A program made the translations under genes and the position numbers. From Candidatus Bathyarchaeota archaeon (GTDB lineage: Archaea; Thermoproteota; Bathyarchaeia; Bathyarchaeales; Bathycorpusculaceae): a stretch of 64,000 nucleotides of DNA. The notes below the pieces were generated by a model. It saw nothing but the letters and a program-made list of their open reading frames with translations. It did no database searches and was not told where the DNA came from. The stretch is from the NCBI GenBank assembly GCA_963833575.1, contig CAWHXY010000007.1, forward strand, positions 64,001 to 128,000, written 5' to 3'. Shown here piece by piece: positions 8,745-18,792 of this stretch; position 1 is the first letter of the stretch; each line of letters starts with the position of its first letter.

Positions 8745-10103
8745 TTAGCTCATGAACCTTTTTACGGTTTCATAAAGAATGCTTGTTCCATAAACTAGGT
8801 TTTCAATGGTGATTCGTTCGTCAATGCCGTGCATTCTTTTCTCTAATTGATCGTTTGGCTCATCTGGAATCATAGGCTGATAACCATAGCATATGCTGCC
8901 CGCTTCTCTAAAGAAGCGTGAGTCTGTTCCGCCAGTTGTTAATGTAGGTGTGATTCCGCATTTTGGTTCAAATTCCCTTAGAACACTTTTGATTGTGCTG
9001 TAGAGTGGCGTTTCTGTAGTAGATTCAGAGCCATCGTGCTTTTGAATAAACTCAAAACTTAGCTTTTCTAAACCTACATCTTTCAGTAAATCCTTAATTA
9101 AATCAAATGTCTTGTTAACGTCTTGTCCGGGTAGTATTCTACAGTCAAACACCGCTTCGCAGTCTGAAGGTATAATGTTTTCTTTAACGCCGCCTTGAAT
9201 CATGGTTGGAGCGATTGTCATTTTTGTTCTTGGTCTAATTTCTTCAGCCAAGGCTCGATCCTTTTTTGCTAACTCATCTAATATTTGCTCGCTTTCCAAA
9301 GGATTGGCAAGCAAACGTGAAAATATCTCGTTGATTTCATAGTCGTGCTTTCCCATTTCGGCAAGGAATTGTTTGAGGGTGGGCACGTAAATGGTTTCTG
9401 CTTTGTAGTTTCCCAATATATCTATGACTTTGTTCATGCGCATAACTGCATTATCTGCCGTATTAGGAGTGGACCCGTGTCCGGGTGTGCCTTTTGCTTT
9501 TATTCTGAGCCACAGGATGCCTTTTTCAGCCGTCTGGACCGGGAAGACATAACCATTTTTTGACGGGAAAGCCAAGCCTCCGCCTTCATTAATAACGTAT
9601 GGGCACAACAGTTTTTCTTTGTGGTTTCGTAGAAGGTAGCCTGCTCCTTCTTCGCCACCCTTTTCCTCATCCGCGGTAGCCGCTAAAACAACGTCTCCCT
9701 TAAGCTTAACGTGGTTTCTTTTCAAAAGCTTTAGAACCATGATTTCGATGGCCGTCATACATTTCATGTCATATGCTCCTCTTCCATACACATAGCCATC
9801 CTTTATTGTGCCGGTAAACGGATCAATAGTCCATTCTTTGGGATTCGCCGCCACTACATCCAGATGAGATAGTAATAATATGCTGGGTTTTTCGCCACTT
9901 CCTTTTAGTCGTGTGATTGCGTTGCCTCTTCCAGGAGACGATTCTATAATTTCAGTTTTGAAGCCTTCTTTGGCTAAGTATTCTGCTATATATGTTGCTG
10001 CTTGTGTCTCGTTGCCTGGAGGGTTAGTAGTGTTTATACGAATTAAGTCGCTAAGTAAACTAGTAATTTCTTCTTCTATATCCCTTAAAATGTTAGGTGA
10101 CAT
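8745..10103 (-). CDS. M20/M25/M40 family metallohydrolase
   Basis: SHLDVV, GRGAYDMK, DEE, NEGG, GGTD and HGIDER motifs. Confidence 0.93.
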   Translation of the reverse strand: MSPNILRDIEEEITSLLSDLIRINTTNPPGNETQAATYIAEYLAKEGFKTEIIESSPGRGNAITRLKGSGEKPSILLLSHLDVVAANPKEWTIDPFTGTIKDGYVYGRGAYDMKCMTAIEIMVLKLLKRNHVKLKGDVVLAATADEEKGGEEGAGYLLRNHKEKLLCPYVINEGGGLAFPSKNGYVFPVQTAEKGILWLRIKAKGTPGHGSTPNTADNAVMRMNKVIDILGNYKAETIYVPTLKQFLAEMGKHDYEINEIFSRLLANPLESEQILDELAKKDRALAEEIRPRTKMTIAPTMIQGGVKENIIPSDCEAVFDCRILPGQDVNKTFDLIKDLLKDVGLEKLSFEFIQKHDGSESTTETPLYSTIKSVLREFEPKCGITPTLTTGGTDSRFFREAGSICYGYQPMIPDEPNDQLEKRMHGIDERITIENLVYGTSILYETVKRFMS

Positions 10104-10256
10104 TAATTTTAGACTCCTGCAAGTGTTTCTATGAGTTTTTTCTCTTAAGAGTATCGATTAAAACGTTACTGTTGCCCTGTTAAACTGGAACAATTTTTCG
10201 TTTATTCAACAACGAAGTTTATATATGATGCTAAAAACGCTAGTGAATAGCAAAAG

Positions 10257-10772
10257 ATGATTACAATGAAAGAATTGAAACCCATCGACTACAAAATACT
10301 GTTTGAATTAATGAAGGATTCGCATAGAAGCGATAGACAACTAGCAAAGTCTTTGGGAGTTTCCCAACCTACAGTAACCCGAAGAAGAGCTATGCTGGAA
10401 GAAAACTTCATCGAAGGATATACTGTCATTCCTAAGTTTGGGCAAATCGGGTTTGAAATCGCTGCATTTACATTTCTGAAAACCAAACTTAAATTTAATA
10501 CAGGTGAGGAAAAAACCCAAGCCCTTCAAAAAATGAAGGAATGGTACATGAAACAGCCCAATGTAATTTTAGTCTTAGATGGAAGAGGTATGGGTTGGGA
10601 TGCAGCCTGCATTTCACTTCATGAAAGTTTTTCCAATTTCGCTGAGTTCATTAGGGCACATGATTCGGAACTGTCTGAATTTGTGATTGAAAGCCAAACC
10701 TTCCATGCTGATTTGAAAGCTGGAATCACAATCAAGCCATTCCACCTCAAATACTTAACAACACCAAAATAA
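10257..10772 (+). CDS. Lrp/AsnC family transcriptional regulator
   Basis: N-terminal HTH (DYKILFELMKDSHRSDRQLAKSLGVSQPTV) plus effector domain. Confidence 0.88.
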   Translation: MITMKELKPIDYKILFELMKDSHRSDRQLAKSLGVSQPTVTRRRAMLEENFIEGYTVIPKFGQIGFEIAAFTFLKTKLKFNTGEEKTQALQKMKEWYMKQPNVILVLDGRGMGWDAACISLHESFSNFAEFIRAHDSELSEFVIESQTFHADLKAGITIKPFHLKYLTTPK

Positions 10773-11482
10773 AGCACCACTAAAACTGCCGTGGTTTTAG
10801 GCAGTTAATTTGTTCCACTTTACTTTCTTTCTTTATAACTTAGTCGAGATACCTCATTAGTTTTATTTACTATCAGGTTTTTTCAGTTTTGGATTTTTTA
10901 TTAATAAATCGCAAAAAAGAGATGGTGTTAGTGCATTTTGTTTCCAAAACAGCCCACATATGGCAGTTACGAATATGAAAAAGCATTTTCTCATCTATTA
11001 AACTTATAATCGAAGACAGTTCTGATTTCGGCGGTTTATCTTCTATTTCTTATTTTCTTTAGCAATCGTTTTTTTGTCGGAAGTTTTGGCTTCTTTGTTC
11101 TTTCTACATCTAAGGCCAAACAAATCAACCTGAGATATGTTTGCTATTTAGTGCATATAAAATTTGGTGTATTAAGCTACAAGAAATAAAACTTTGCTCT
11201 CTGAGTACTTCGTAATTTTGCTCTAGTGAAGTTTGAATTGGGTGTTTGTTATTTTATTCAGGAATTAATTGAAATTGTGTTGGAGGACTGGTTGTTGTTT
11301 GTTGGCAAACCAGTGCCATCCGTCATCGAGGAGAAAGGAGAAGGCTTCGAAAACGGAAAAAGTTTAGTTGGCTTTAGTGGTTTAGCCTTCAACCTTAACT
11401 AGTCCTCCAATCACGAGACTCAAGATACGAAAATTTGATAATTAAGCCTTATGAATCAAAAATAAAGATTGGAAATATGTGT

Positions 11483-12034
11483 TTAGCTAATCGCTAAAAC
11501 GCCTTCCAAAACGCTCTTTTCAGAAACATCTAGCTTTTTAGACAACCATGATTTCAGGACAGCAGAAAAATTCGGAATTGCACCACTAAAAGTAACAATC
11601 TGGTTACCCTTAATTGCATCCGCTTGGAGAATTTTTTCTTCCTCTTTATAGCTATAAGACACCGTTTGAGCTTGGAAAGCCAAAGTTTGGAAATCCTCCC
11701 ATTGCTTACACCGTAAAATCACGGTGGGTCCACCCTTAACCAAAGTAGGAATTACTGCTTGATCTACCTGCTCTTTAACTGCGGCAGGAAGCGCCTCTTT
11801 GGGTGAACTTGACAGACAAGTGATAAGTTTTGTGACTTCATTTTGAAGTACGCTTATTTTTTCTTCAACTTTTTCTACTTTGCCGCTCAGTTCTCCGGTA
11901 TCACCAATTTGCTCCGTAACGGTTGCTAACTCATTTATTAGCTTGTCTAAATCTTTCTCATGTTCTTTCAGAACGTTTACTATGAAATCTAAAGCTTCCA
12001 ATGCTTCATCTTTTGATTGTGGATTCCTCGCCAA
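11483..12034 (-). CDS. Hypothetical protein with N-terminal coiled coil
   Basis: Probable TTG start at 12034 (MARNPQSKDEALEALD...); heptad-rich N-terminal half. Confidence 0.7.
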   Translation of the reverse strand: MARNPQSKDEALEALDFIVNVLKEHEKDLDKLINELATVTEQIGDTGELSGKVEKVEEKISVLQNEVTKLITCLSSSPKEALPAAVKEQVDQAVIPTLVKGGPTVILRCKQWEDFQTLAFQAQTVSYSYKEEEKILQADAIKGNQIVTFSGAIPNFSAVLKSWLSKKLDVSEKSVLEGVLAIS

Positions 12035-12156
12035 TACTTTACCCCCGCGTATTACCCCTTCATTATACAGTTCGATAAATAAAGCTAACGAATTCTCAAG
12101 CAAGATCTCAGATAACGCTTTCTAATATATGACGACTTAAGATATTAAACCATAAG

Positions 12157-12957
12157 TTATTTTTGATTTTTTGGGTTACGCTTGTATTTCAAGTAGCCTA
12201 CTGCCGCCAAAGTTAGGATTGCCCCAGAAACAGCTACAAAAGCTACTAATAGAAAGCCCGAGTTTGAGCTCCAATAGCTAGAAGTTTGTGGCATGATTGC
12301 TTTACTTATGGGTTGAGTGGTATTTGCGGGAGGTGCTGTTGGTTCAGTAGTGGCTGCGTTTTCGGGTGTAACAATCGGTGACGGTGTTGGAGCTTGTGGT
12401 TGAGAATGCCCAGTTAAGTTATCTGACGACAAAATTCCGCTTAACTGCGATGGAGCAAAGTAGTTTGTTTGACTTAGATCAATTGGAGTGGTGCTCATTG
12501 ATATCAAAGTAATCGCTGCTATCCACATGTTGCCGTTGATTCCAGGAAGTACTAAACGCAGTCCTTCAAGGAGCGTAATTCCATTCAGCTCATAGGCAAT
12601 TATCACATCAGGTTGTACGGCAAGCTGCATTGGAATACTGACTCTATAACCGTCAGCAGCTAGAAAATCAAGGGATGCAACAGACGAGTCTACTCCGACT
12701 TGTTGAAGTAAGTAACTTAGGCTGACGCCCTGCCAGTCACCGTTGGTTTTTAGGGTGCTATAACAGTAAAGTGGAGCGCTTACGTTAGATATTGGCATTG
12801 CCAAAAGTTGATCATACGTATAACTGGTGGCGGAACCTGATAGAGTAGTTATTTGCAAATTTAAACCTGAGTCCGCTGAAACTTTTCCTATTGGAACTAT
12901 TACTAAGAGTCCAGCTAGTGCTAGAAAAAGGCAGGCTTGAAGCAGTTTCTTTTTCAT
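12157..12957 (-). CDS. Secreted, C-terminally anchored protein with a sulfite-oxidase-family molybdopterin-binding-like domain
   Basis: LYC, WQGVSL, AADGY, IAYELNG and LRLVLPG motifs; signal peptide, Pro/Thr linker, C-terminal TM. Confidence 0.8.
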   Translation of the reverse strand: MKKKLLQACLFLALAGLLVIVPIGKVSADSGLNLQITTLSGSATSYTYDQLLAMPISNVSAPLYCYSTLKTNGDWQGVSLSYLLQQVGVDSSVASLDFLAADGYRVSIPMQLAVQPDVIIAYELNGITLLEGLRLVLPGINGNMWIAAITLISMSTTPIDLSQTNYFAPSQLSGILSSDNLTGHSQPQAPTPSPIVTPENAATTEPTAPPANTTQPISKAIMPQTSSYWSSNSGFLLVAFVAVSGAILTLAAVGYLKYKRNPKNQK

Positions 12958-12984
12958 AGTTCACTTCATCCTCTCAAGACAATA

Positions 12985-13000
12985 TATGACAATTGTCATA
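12985..13000. promoter_or_regulatory. Perfect 16-bp palindrome TATGACAATTGTCATA, candidate operator
   Basis: 28-43 nt upstream of the 12957 start, in a divergent intergenic region. Confidence 0.55.
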
Positions 13001-13213
13001 CTCTTAAGCTTTCCAAACCCAACCGAAGTTAAAATGATAGTTATCCGATCAAACGACCCAACCTAAGAAAAGCCCAAGTCGGCCAATTTACCCAGCAACG
13101 TTATTCATTCAAAGTTTCTTGTTTTAAACGCTAAGAACTAACGCCTATGATAAAAGCCTAAACTATATTGGGAAGAAAAACCGTAAGGATAACTATTAAG
13201 GTGAAACTGGCAC

Positions 13214-14143
13214 TTGAATCGGAAGGCACTCTTATGGCTAATTCTGATGAGCATTATCTTGGTTCCGCCAGTTTTTGTTAGTAACGTGTGTTCTCAAGCG
13301 TCACCTAGCTATTATGTAACAGTTGAGCCAGATTTTCTTCAAAATGCAGTTCAGTATTGGAGCATAGGCAGGATTGTCGCACTTTCATTTAAAGCATTAT
13401 GGACTTATGGACCCAACAGCGAACAAGGCATTCAAAATGCAACTGCTACAATCAATGTAACCGATCAGAATGATAAAGCCGTAGATACTTTATGCACTAA
13501 CACTGCCAACGGAACCTTTTCTTTCAACTATACTTCAAAAAGTCCTGAAATTCTAGCCTTCACTCCAACGAAACTAGTTACACAAAACGGGCAAGAATGG
13601 AACTCAAGCCTTATCGATTCAGCCCACAATGTCTACGGCTTTACGTATCACTGGATGCAAGTTTGGTGGGATACCTTCCAGGCCTCCATGGTAAACCAAC
13701 AGGTAGACAGTTCAGGAAACGTTGCCGTTTCAGTAAAAATAACACATCTACTGCTTCCTGAAAGCGGCCTAATGGTTGGTCCAGTTCTTGTGCCTAAGAT
13801 CGTTCAGGGCGAAAATGTTACTATCAACGGCATAAAAGCGGAAGAATCACAAACACCTGGCATTTACTCAGCAAATAATTCAGCATGGCTGAATCAAAAT
13901 TCTTTTGTTGTTGAGGTTTCCCAAGATTACTGGACAACAACATCAACTAACCTGAGCTTTGTTGCCAATGCTAATCACGCATATCTAATTCCCACACCTT
14001 CTCCAACACCATTAACGACTGCAGTGTCGTTAACTTCATTGTTGAGACAACCTTTATCAACATTAATTATTATCACAAGTATCGTGATGATTCTAACCAT
14101 AGCAATTGTTTTACTTCTCATTAACTTCAGAAAAAATAGGTAG
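13214..14143 (+). CDS. Secreted, C-terminally anchored hypothetical protein
   Basis: Signal peptide, many NxS/T sequons, PTPSPTP linker, TM and basic tail. Confidence 0.75.
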   Translation: MNRKALLWLILMSIILVPPVFVSNVCSQASPSYYVTVEPDFLQNAVQYWSIGRIVALSFKALWTYGPNSEQGIQNATATINVTDQNDKAVDTLCTNTANGTFSFNYTSKSPEILAFTPTKLVTQNGQEWNSSLIDSAHNVYGFTYHWMQVWWDTFQASMVNQQVDSSGNVAVSVKITHLLLPESGLMVGPVLVPKIVQGENVTINGIKAEESQTPGIYSANNSAWLNQNSFVVEVSQDYWTTTSTNLSFVANANHAYLIPTPSPTPLTTAVSLTSLLRQPLSTLIIITSIVMILTIAIVLLLINFRKNR

Positions 14144-14448
14144 AGCGAAAAATAGTAGAAAATTCTGAGTAATAAATCACTTTATTTTCAATGAATTTTT
14201 TTCAACTACATAAAGCGATGACTTCTTCAGTTATTCCGCGCAGATATGACTCTATTGTTAAGACTGTTTAAGAGAAAAAAGGAAACACTGAGTATCCAAA
14301 AGAGTTTGATCGGAAGGGTTTGAGCATTTGAAGCTCAAGTTAATTCGTCTAATTCAAGAAAAAAAATTATGGCAAAAGCCACGTAAGAGTCAAAAGCTTT
14401 GACGCTAGAAACAAATAACACACTCAAAACATTTCTCATCAAACGAGT

Positions 14449-14736
14449 TTATTGAGATTTCCAAGTACACTTAATTGCTTTTGGCTCACAGGTTAAAACG
14501 CATGGCGACATGTTGCTCTCAGGTTTACACGAAGCGCAGGTGTACTTAATTTTTTTTCTGTGTTCTTCTGTGACTGAAGCAGCAATTTTGTCTTCAAGGT
14601 CTATGAACATTGTTTCAAGCTGAAGCGCTGATTGAGGGCAATGTTTAACACATTTACCGCAGCCGTTGCATTTGTCAGTGTCAATTGTTATGTAATATTC
14701 TCCTGATCCATCGGTGTAGCCATAATGCGTAATCAT
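14449..14736 (-). CDS. 4Fe-4S ferredoxin, benzoyl-CoA-reductase-associated (BzdM-like)
   Basis: MITHYGYTDGSGEYYITIDTDKCNGCGKCVKHCP and CASC...CVLTC; start trimmed. Confidence 0.8.
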   Translation of the reverse strand: MITHYGYTDGSGEYYITIDTDKCNGCGKCVKHCPQSALQLETMFIDLEDKIAASVTEEHRKKIKYTCASCKPESNMSPCVLTCEPKAIKCTWKSQ

Positions 14737-14746
14737 TAACGTGCTC

Positions 14747-15658
14747 CTAAGATTTTTGTGCCTTCTCGTAGAGTGCCTTTCCAAACAGAGCTGCACCTAA
14801 AGCTCCTGCCACCATAGGGTCTAAACCGTTATCTCGCCAATTAGGCATCGGCAAGCACTTCACTCCTAAAACAACTTCTATCCTGCTAACAATTCCGATG
14901 TTCTTCGATTGACCACCGGTAATAACCAATTCTTTTTCTAAACCTACCCTATTAATTAAGTTAGCCATGCGAACTGCCATAGCTCGAGTGTATGCCGCTA
15001 AGACCTTTTCTTTTGACCACCCCTTACGCAAAAGTCCCATTGCCTCAGTTTTTGCAAAAGCGACACAGGTACAGCTTACTGGCGGCGGCTCTTGATCAAC
15101 TTTTAGTGATATCCCACCGATGTCTTCGATCGGAATTTTTAGTAGGTCGGCGAATACTTCCATGCCTCTTCCTGTTCCAGCAGCGCATTTGTCATTCATC
15201 AAAAACGAAACAACACGTCCTGTTTCATCTATTAGAATGGCTTTAATGTCTTGTCCGCCTACATCAAGCACCGTTCGCACGCTGGGTCCCCAAATATAAT
15301 TTGCTCCTTTTGCATGGCATGCAATTTCAGTTATGGCTTTGTTAGCCATCGGCACGTTCACTCGCCCGTACCCTGTTCCGACAATATATTTGAGGTTGCT
15401 AATTTTGAGCCCTGTTCCCTTCAGAGCGTAATCTAATGCTTTTGTGGCGCTCTCAGGGCTGTTAGAGCCAGTTCGTGTTATGCCCCAAGAATAAGCTTCT
15501 CCATTAACCATTATTGCAGCTTTTGAGCCGACTGAACCAACATCGACACCTGCAGTGATTAGATCTTTGCTTGTCCAAGATTTACCGGGCATTATGCGTT
15601 GATATTCTTGCCAACGCCAAAACTCAACTGCATCTTCTACTGTGCTTAGCTCCTTCAT
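14747..15658 (-). CDS. ATP-dependent activase subunit (BzdQ-like; BadF/BcrA/HgdC ASKHA family)
   Basis: N-terminal EFWRW extension; GVDVGS, TGYGR, EIACHAKGA, DVGGQD, MNDKCAAGTGR. Confidence 0.88.
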   Translation of the reverse strand: MKELSTVEDAVEFWRWQEYQRIMPGKSWTSKDLITAGVDVGSVGSKAAIMVNGEAYSWGITRTGSNSPESATKALDYALKGTGLKISNLKYIVGTGYGRVNVPMANKAITEIACHAKGANYIWGPSVRTVLDVGGQDIKAILIDETGRVVSFLMNDKCAAGTGRGMEVFADLLKIPIEDIGGISLKVDQEPPPVSCTCVAFAKTEAMGLLRKGWSKEKVLAAYTRAMAVRMANLINRVGLEKELVITGGQSKNIGIVSRIEVVLGVKCLPMPNWRDNGLDPMVAGALGAALFGKALYEKAQKS

Positions 15659-16440
15659 TTTTGTGGCTCCCTAGCTCGACTAGCTGCAGTTAAAGCGGCG
15701 CCCAGTGCTCCTGAAAAGTCTGGATATTCGGGTATCAACACGTTTACGCCTAACTTACGATTTAATGATGCAACAAAGCCAACATCTCGCGCTACACCGC
15801 CAACCAGAACCACATCTGGATTTACTCCTAACCTATGAACCATAGACGAAACCCGATCAGCCATAGCGTCAAAAACTGCTCTTGCAATTTCAGGTTTAGA
15901 TTCTTGGCGATGAATTAGTGAAACAACGTCGGATTCTCCAAATATGACGCAGGAAGCGTTGATGGGGCTTGCACGTTCAGCTTTTAGTGAAAGTGGACCC
16001 ATATCTTCCAATTTAACTTCTAAAGCCCTCGCCATTGACTCAATGAATGCTCCGGCACCAGCGGCGCAGCGTTCGTTAACTACAAAATCAGTCATGATGC
16101 ATTTCTCGTCACATTTTACTGCTCTTGCTTCTTCAGCGCCAATATCAATTATTGTTCTTGCCTTCGGGAAAAGGTAACATCCAGCTTTGGCGTCAGCGCC
16201 CATCATACTTACAGTGCTTTTTGCGTAAGGCGCCATATCCATGTTTGAACCGGTTGCGACAACATAAGCAACATCAGAAATTTTCATGCCTGCCTGTTTG
16301 AGCGCTTCATCTACGGCTTGTTCGGCGGCTTTGGTTGGGTCAAACCCTGAGAACGCTTCCCCTCTTGAAACAACAATATTGTCTTTTAAGATTACCACTT
16401 TTATTTTTTGTGTGCCTAAGTCCATTCCTGCAGTAATCAT
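15655..16440 (-). CDS. ATP-dependent activase subunit (BzdP-like; BadG/BcrD family)
   Basis: GMDLG, DIGAEE, NERCAAGAGAF, CVIFGESDVVSL; ATGA overlap with the next gene. Confidence 0.88.
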   Translation of the reverse strand: MITAGMDLGTQKIKVVILKDNIVVSRGEAFSGFDPTKAAEQAVDEALKQAGMKISDVAYVVATGSNMDMAPYAKSTVSMMGADAKAGCYLFPKARTIIDIGAEEARAVKCDEKCIMTDFVVNERCAAGAGAFIESMARALEVKLEDMGPLSLKAERASPINASCVIFGESDVVSLIHRQESKPEIARAVFDAMADRVSSMVHRLGVNPDVVLVGGVARDVGFVASLNRKLGVNVLIPEYPDFSGALGAALTAASRAREPQK

Positions 16441-16450
16441 TAGTTCACCT

Positions 16451-17782
16451 TTAGAAATCTACTCTTGCGGTTAACATTTCCAGAAATGCTTCGACACGGG
16501 TCTTCATTTGTCCAACATCTTCACGCGTGTACTCTGTGTCTAAGTAATACACGGGGATATTTAATTTGTCAAGAGCCTTCTTAACTCTCGTGTACTCCAT
16601 GGCATAGAGCATGCAGCCGCGCACCACATAGTAAATAACACCTTGAATATTGCTTTCTTTAATTTTGTTTATCAGCCAGTTTATCCGGTCTTCGTTGCCA
16701 TCTTTAGAGGTGAAGCAAGGGCAAGTTGAAGCCATCAAGTATCGATCGGCAATGGCGCTAATCATATCATCCATACTCCATTCATCTACGCCAACAGGAT
16801 CGTTGAGGATTCTCTCGCCTGAGCAGAGCTCGTCTGCAACAATGATGCCTCGTGGATTAGCTTCTTCAACCAGAGTTGGCAACTTCCAGTTATCAGGCCA
16901 AAACATCGGTGTACCGGTAACCATTACACGTGGAGTTTCCTCGGGGCAAACCCACTCTTTCCGTTGAGCCCTTTTATCAAGCTCATCGCATAATGCTTCA
17001 GTTTTTTCTGTCCAACGTTTTTTGTCATCCCACAAGTAGGTTTGATTAACAAGCATAGCGTCTCTGCCCATAATTACTGGCGATCCCTTCCGCAAATTCT
17101 GCAAACGGCGAAAAGCTCTAGTAGCCTTCTGACTTTGCTCAATAGCTTCTTTAAGGTTTTTACGATTAATTTTGTTGCCTGTCAACTCTTCAAGACGATC
17201 TTTCATACGCCATATTTCATCATTCCAAAAACGAAGTGAATGCTCTGCATCCTTAACCCTTGGAATGTTCATTTCCCAAACAGTTTTGGAATCACTTAAA
17301 ATCTCACCCATCTTCGTCATTCCGTCACAGGTTAAGACACTGATTAAGGCGTCGCTTTGTTCAAGGAAAGGCGATAACTCAATCATTTTTGCGCCTATGG
17401 TTGAACGGATAACTGGACAAACTTCAACTGGAACAATTCTGTCACCCAACTTAGAAGTGTCATACCAACCCGAATTTACTCGAACAGGGATGGCGTCGGC
17501 AGCTAAAATCAGCTCTGTTGGAGCAAACAAACATGTGTAACCAACTACTTTCTTACCTTTCTCTTTTTCAGCCGCAATCTCTTTTTGGCGTTGACCAAAT
17601 AAATCGGCTATCTCATCAAAATACTTCATAACTTCGGGTCTTTTGGGGTCAGCTTTCTTCATGCGCTCAATATTCTCAGCCATTACTTTTAGAGACGCAG
17701 TTTTGATAGTATTTCTTAGTTCTTCCATTTCTTTTGCGGGAATTTCAGGCATGTATTTTTTTTCTATCTTTTCGGTTTTCAT
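16451..17782 (-). CDS. 2-hydroxyacyl-CoA dehydratase-family Fe-S protein, double-cubane (DCCP)-like
   Basis: YTCLFAPTE, CPVIRS, TCDG, LCSG, TCPCF, RGCML and GQMKTRVEAFLEM motifs. Confidence 0.85.
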   Translation of the reverse strand: MKTEKIEKKYMPEIPAKEMEELRNTIKTASLKVMAENIERMKKADPKRPEVMKYFDEIADLFGQRQKEIAAEKEKGKKVVGYTCLFAPTELILAADAIPVRVNSGWYDTSKLGDRIVPVEVCPVIRSTIGAKMIELSPFLEQSDALISVLTCDGMTKMGEILSDSKTVWEMNIPRVKDAEHSLRFWNDEIWRMKDRLEELTGNKINRKNLKEAIEQSQKATRAFRRLQNLRKGSPVIMGRDAMLVNQTYLWDDKKRWTEKTEALCDELDKRAQRKEWVCPEETPRVMVTGTPMFWPDNWKLPTLVEEANPRGIIVADELCSGERILNDPVGVDEWSMDDMISAIADRYLMASTCPCFTSKDGNEDRINWLINKIKESNIQGVIYYVVRGCMLYAMEYTRVKKALDKLNIPVYYLDTEYTREDVGQMKTRVEAFLEMLTARVDF

Positions 17783-17789
17783 TATTTCT

Positions 17790-18773
17790 TCACTCGCTTG
17801 TTGATGGTTCTAGCCAGTTTCTTGATTTGAACACTGTTTTGTTTCCGAGATTAACTTTCAAGGTGTCTTCGTATGGGCACATTTCAACGCACCGCAAACA
17901 TAGCATGCACATTGAAGTTTTAATTTTTCCGCCTTTCTGCTCATACACATCGGTAACTTGTGACTGACAAACCCTCTTGCAAACGCCACATTTTGTGCAT
18001 TTTTCCTCGTCTTTTTCAAGATGTAACAGAGGAGCCCAACTAAAGCCTTTGAACCTATTTACTACACCTAAAGAGGCGGCTGTTGGGCAGAAGCGACACC
18101 ATAACCGCCTTACGAAGAACGAGCCTACAAGCGTTAAACCAACAAAAGCAATGGCAAACGCCTGCCATAAATTTTTCGCAGTATACGCGAGAAACTCTTG
18201 CACGTAAGGATATGTTAAGTTAACGCCGAATACGGCCATAGCCCCATTGGTCCATGGAACAATAAAAGGTATCATTGGATCAATAAGAACACTATATGGG
18301 CGGAACGGTCCCGCTAAAAGAGGGGTCTCCAACATTGCAGCAGCTTGACTTGGGGGCGGCTGAATAAACCATACAGCTATTGGTAACAATAGGAAAAACA
18401 GCAAGATGACATATCTTAGATTGTGCAAGGTTTTGTTAAGTTTGTCCGGGAGGAGTCTGTAGCGGATTTTAAGAGCTTTTCTTAGCTGAACTTCGATGTC
18501 CATAATAAGGCCAAACGGGCACAGCCAGCCGCAGTAAAATCGACCAAAAACAATCGTTATAACAAAAACTGAAATTAGAACGTAAAGCAGAGGAAAAGTA
18601 TAGGAGAAAATGTAAAATAAACCGGCGAAAGCCACTGCCTGAATGACAAAACGGATGAAAGTTACTTTCGTCGCCAAGTTTTTCTTCCAAATCATAATTG
18701 CGAGAATCCCTGCTACTCCGAGCCCCCCGAGAACTGCAAGCCTTAATGCGTCGCCGATAAGGTTCCAATTCAT
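17790..18773 (-). CDS. NapH/MauN-type membrane 4Fe-4S protein
   Basis: GRFYCGWLCPFG, WCRFCP and two CxxCxxCxxxC motifs; multiple TMs. Confidence 0.9.
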   Translation of the reverse strand: MNWNLIGDALRLAVLGGLGVAGILAIMIWKKNLATKVTFIRFVIQAVAFAGLFYIFSYTFPLLYVLISVFVITIVFGRFYCGWLCPFGLIMDIEVQLRKALKIRYRLLPDKLNKTLHNLRYVILLFFLLLPIAVWFIQPPPSQAAAMLETPLLAGPFRPYSVLIDPMIPFIVPWTNGAMAVFGVNLTYPYVQEFLAYTAKNLWQAFAIAFVGLTLVGSFFVRRLWCRFCPTAASLGVVNRFKGFSWAPLLHLEKDEEKCTKCGVCKRVCQSQVTDVYEQKGGKIKTSMCMLCLRCVEMCPYEDTLKVNLGNKTVFKSRNWLEPSTSE

Positions 18774-18792
18774 CTTTTTCTCGCCATTTTGG

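Noticed and set aside
10777-10806. Overlapping short inverted repeats after the Lrp gene
   Set aside because: Only 7-bp arms; compatible with chance or a simple terminator.
14747-17782. Calling the cluster a complete benzoyl-CoA reductase (bzdNOPQ)
   Set aside because: Only one HgdAB-family subunit is present and there are no aromatic-degradation genes nearby.
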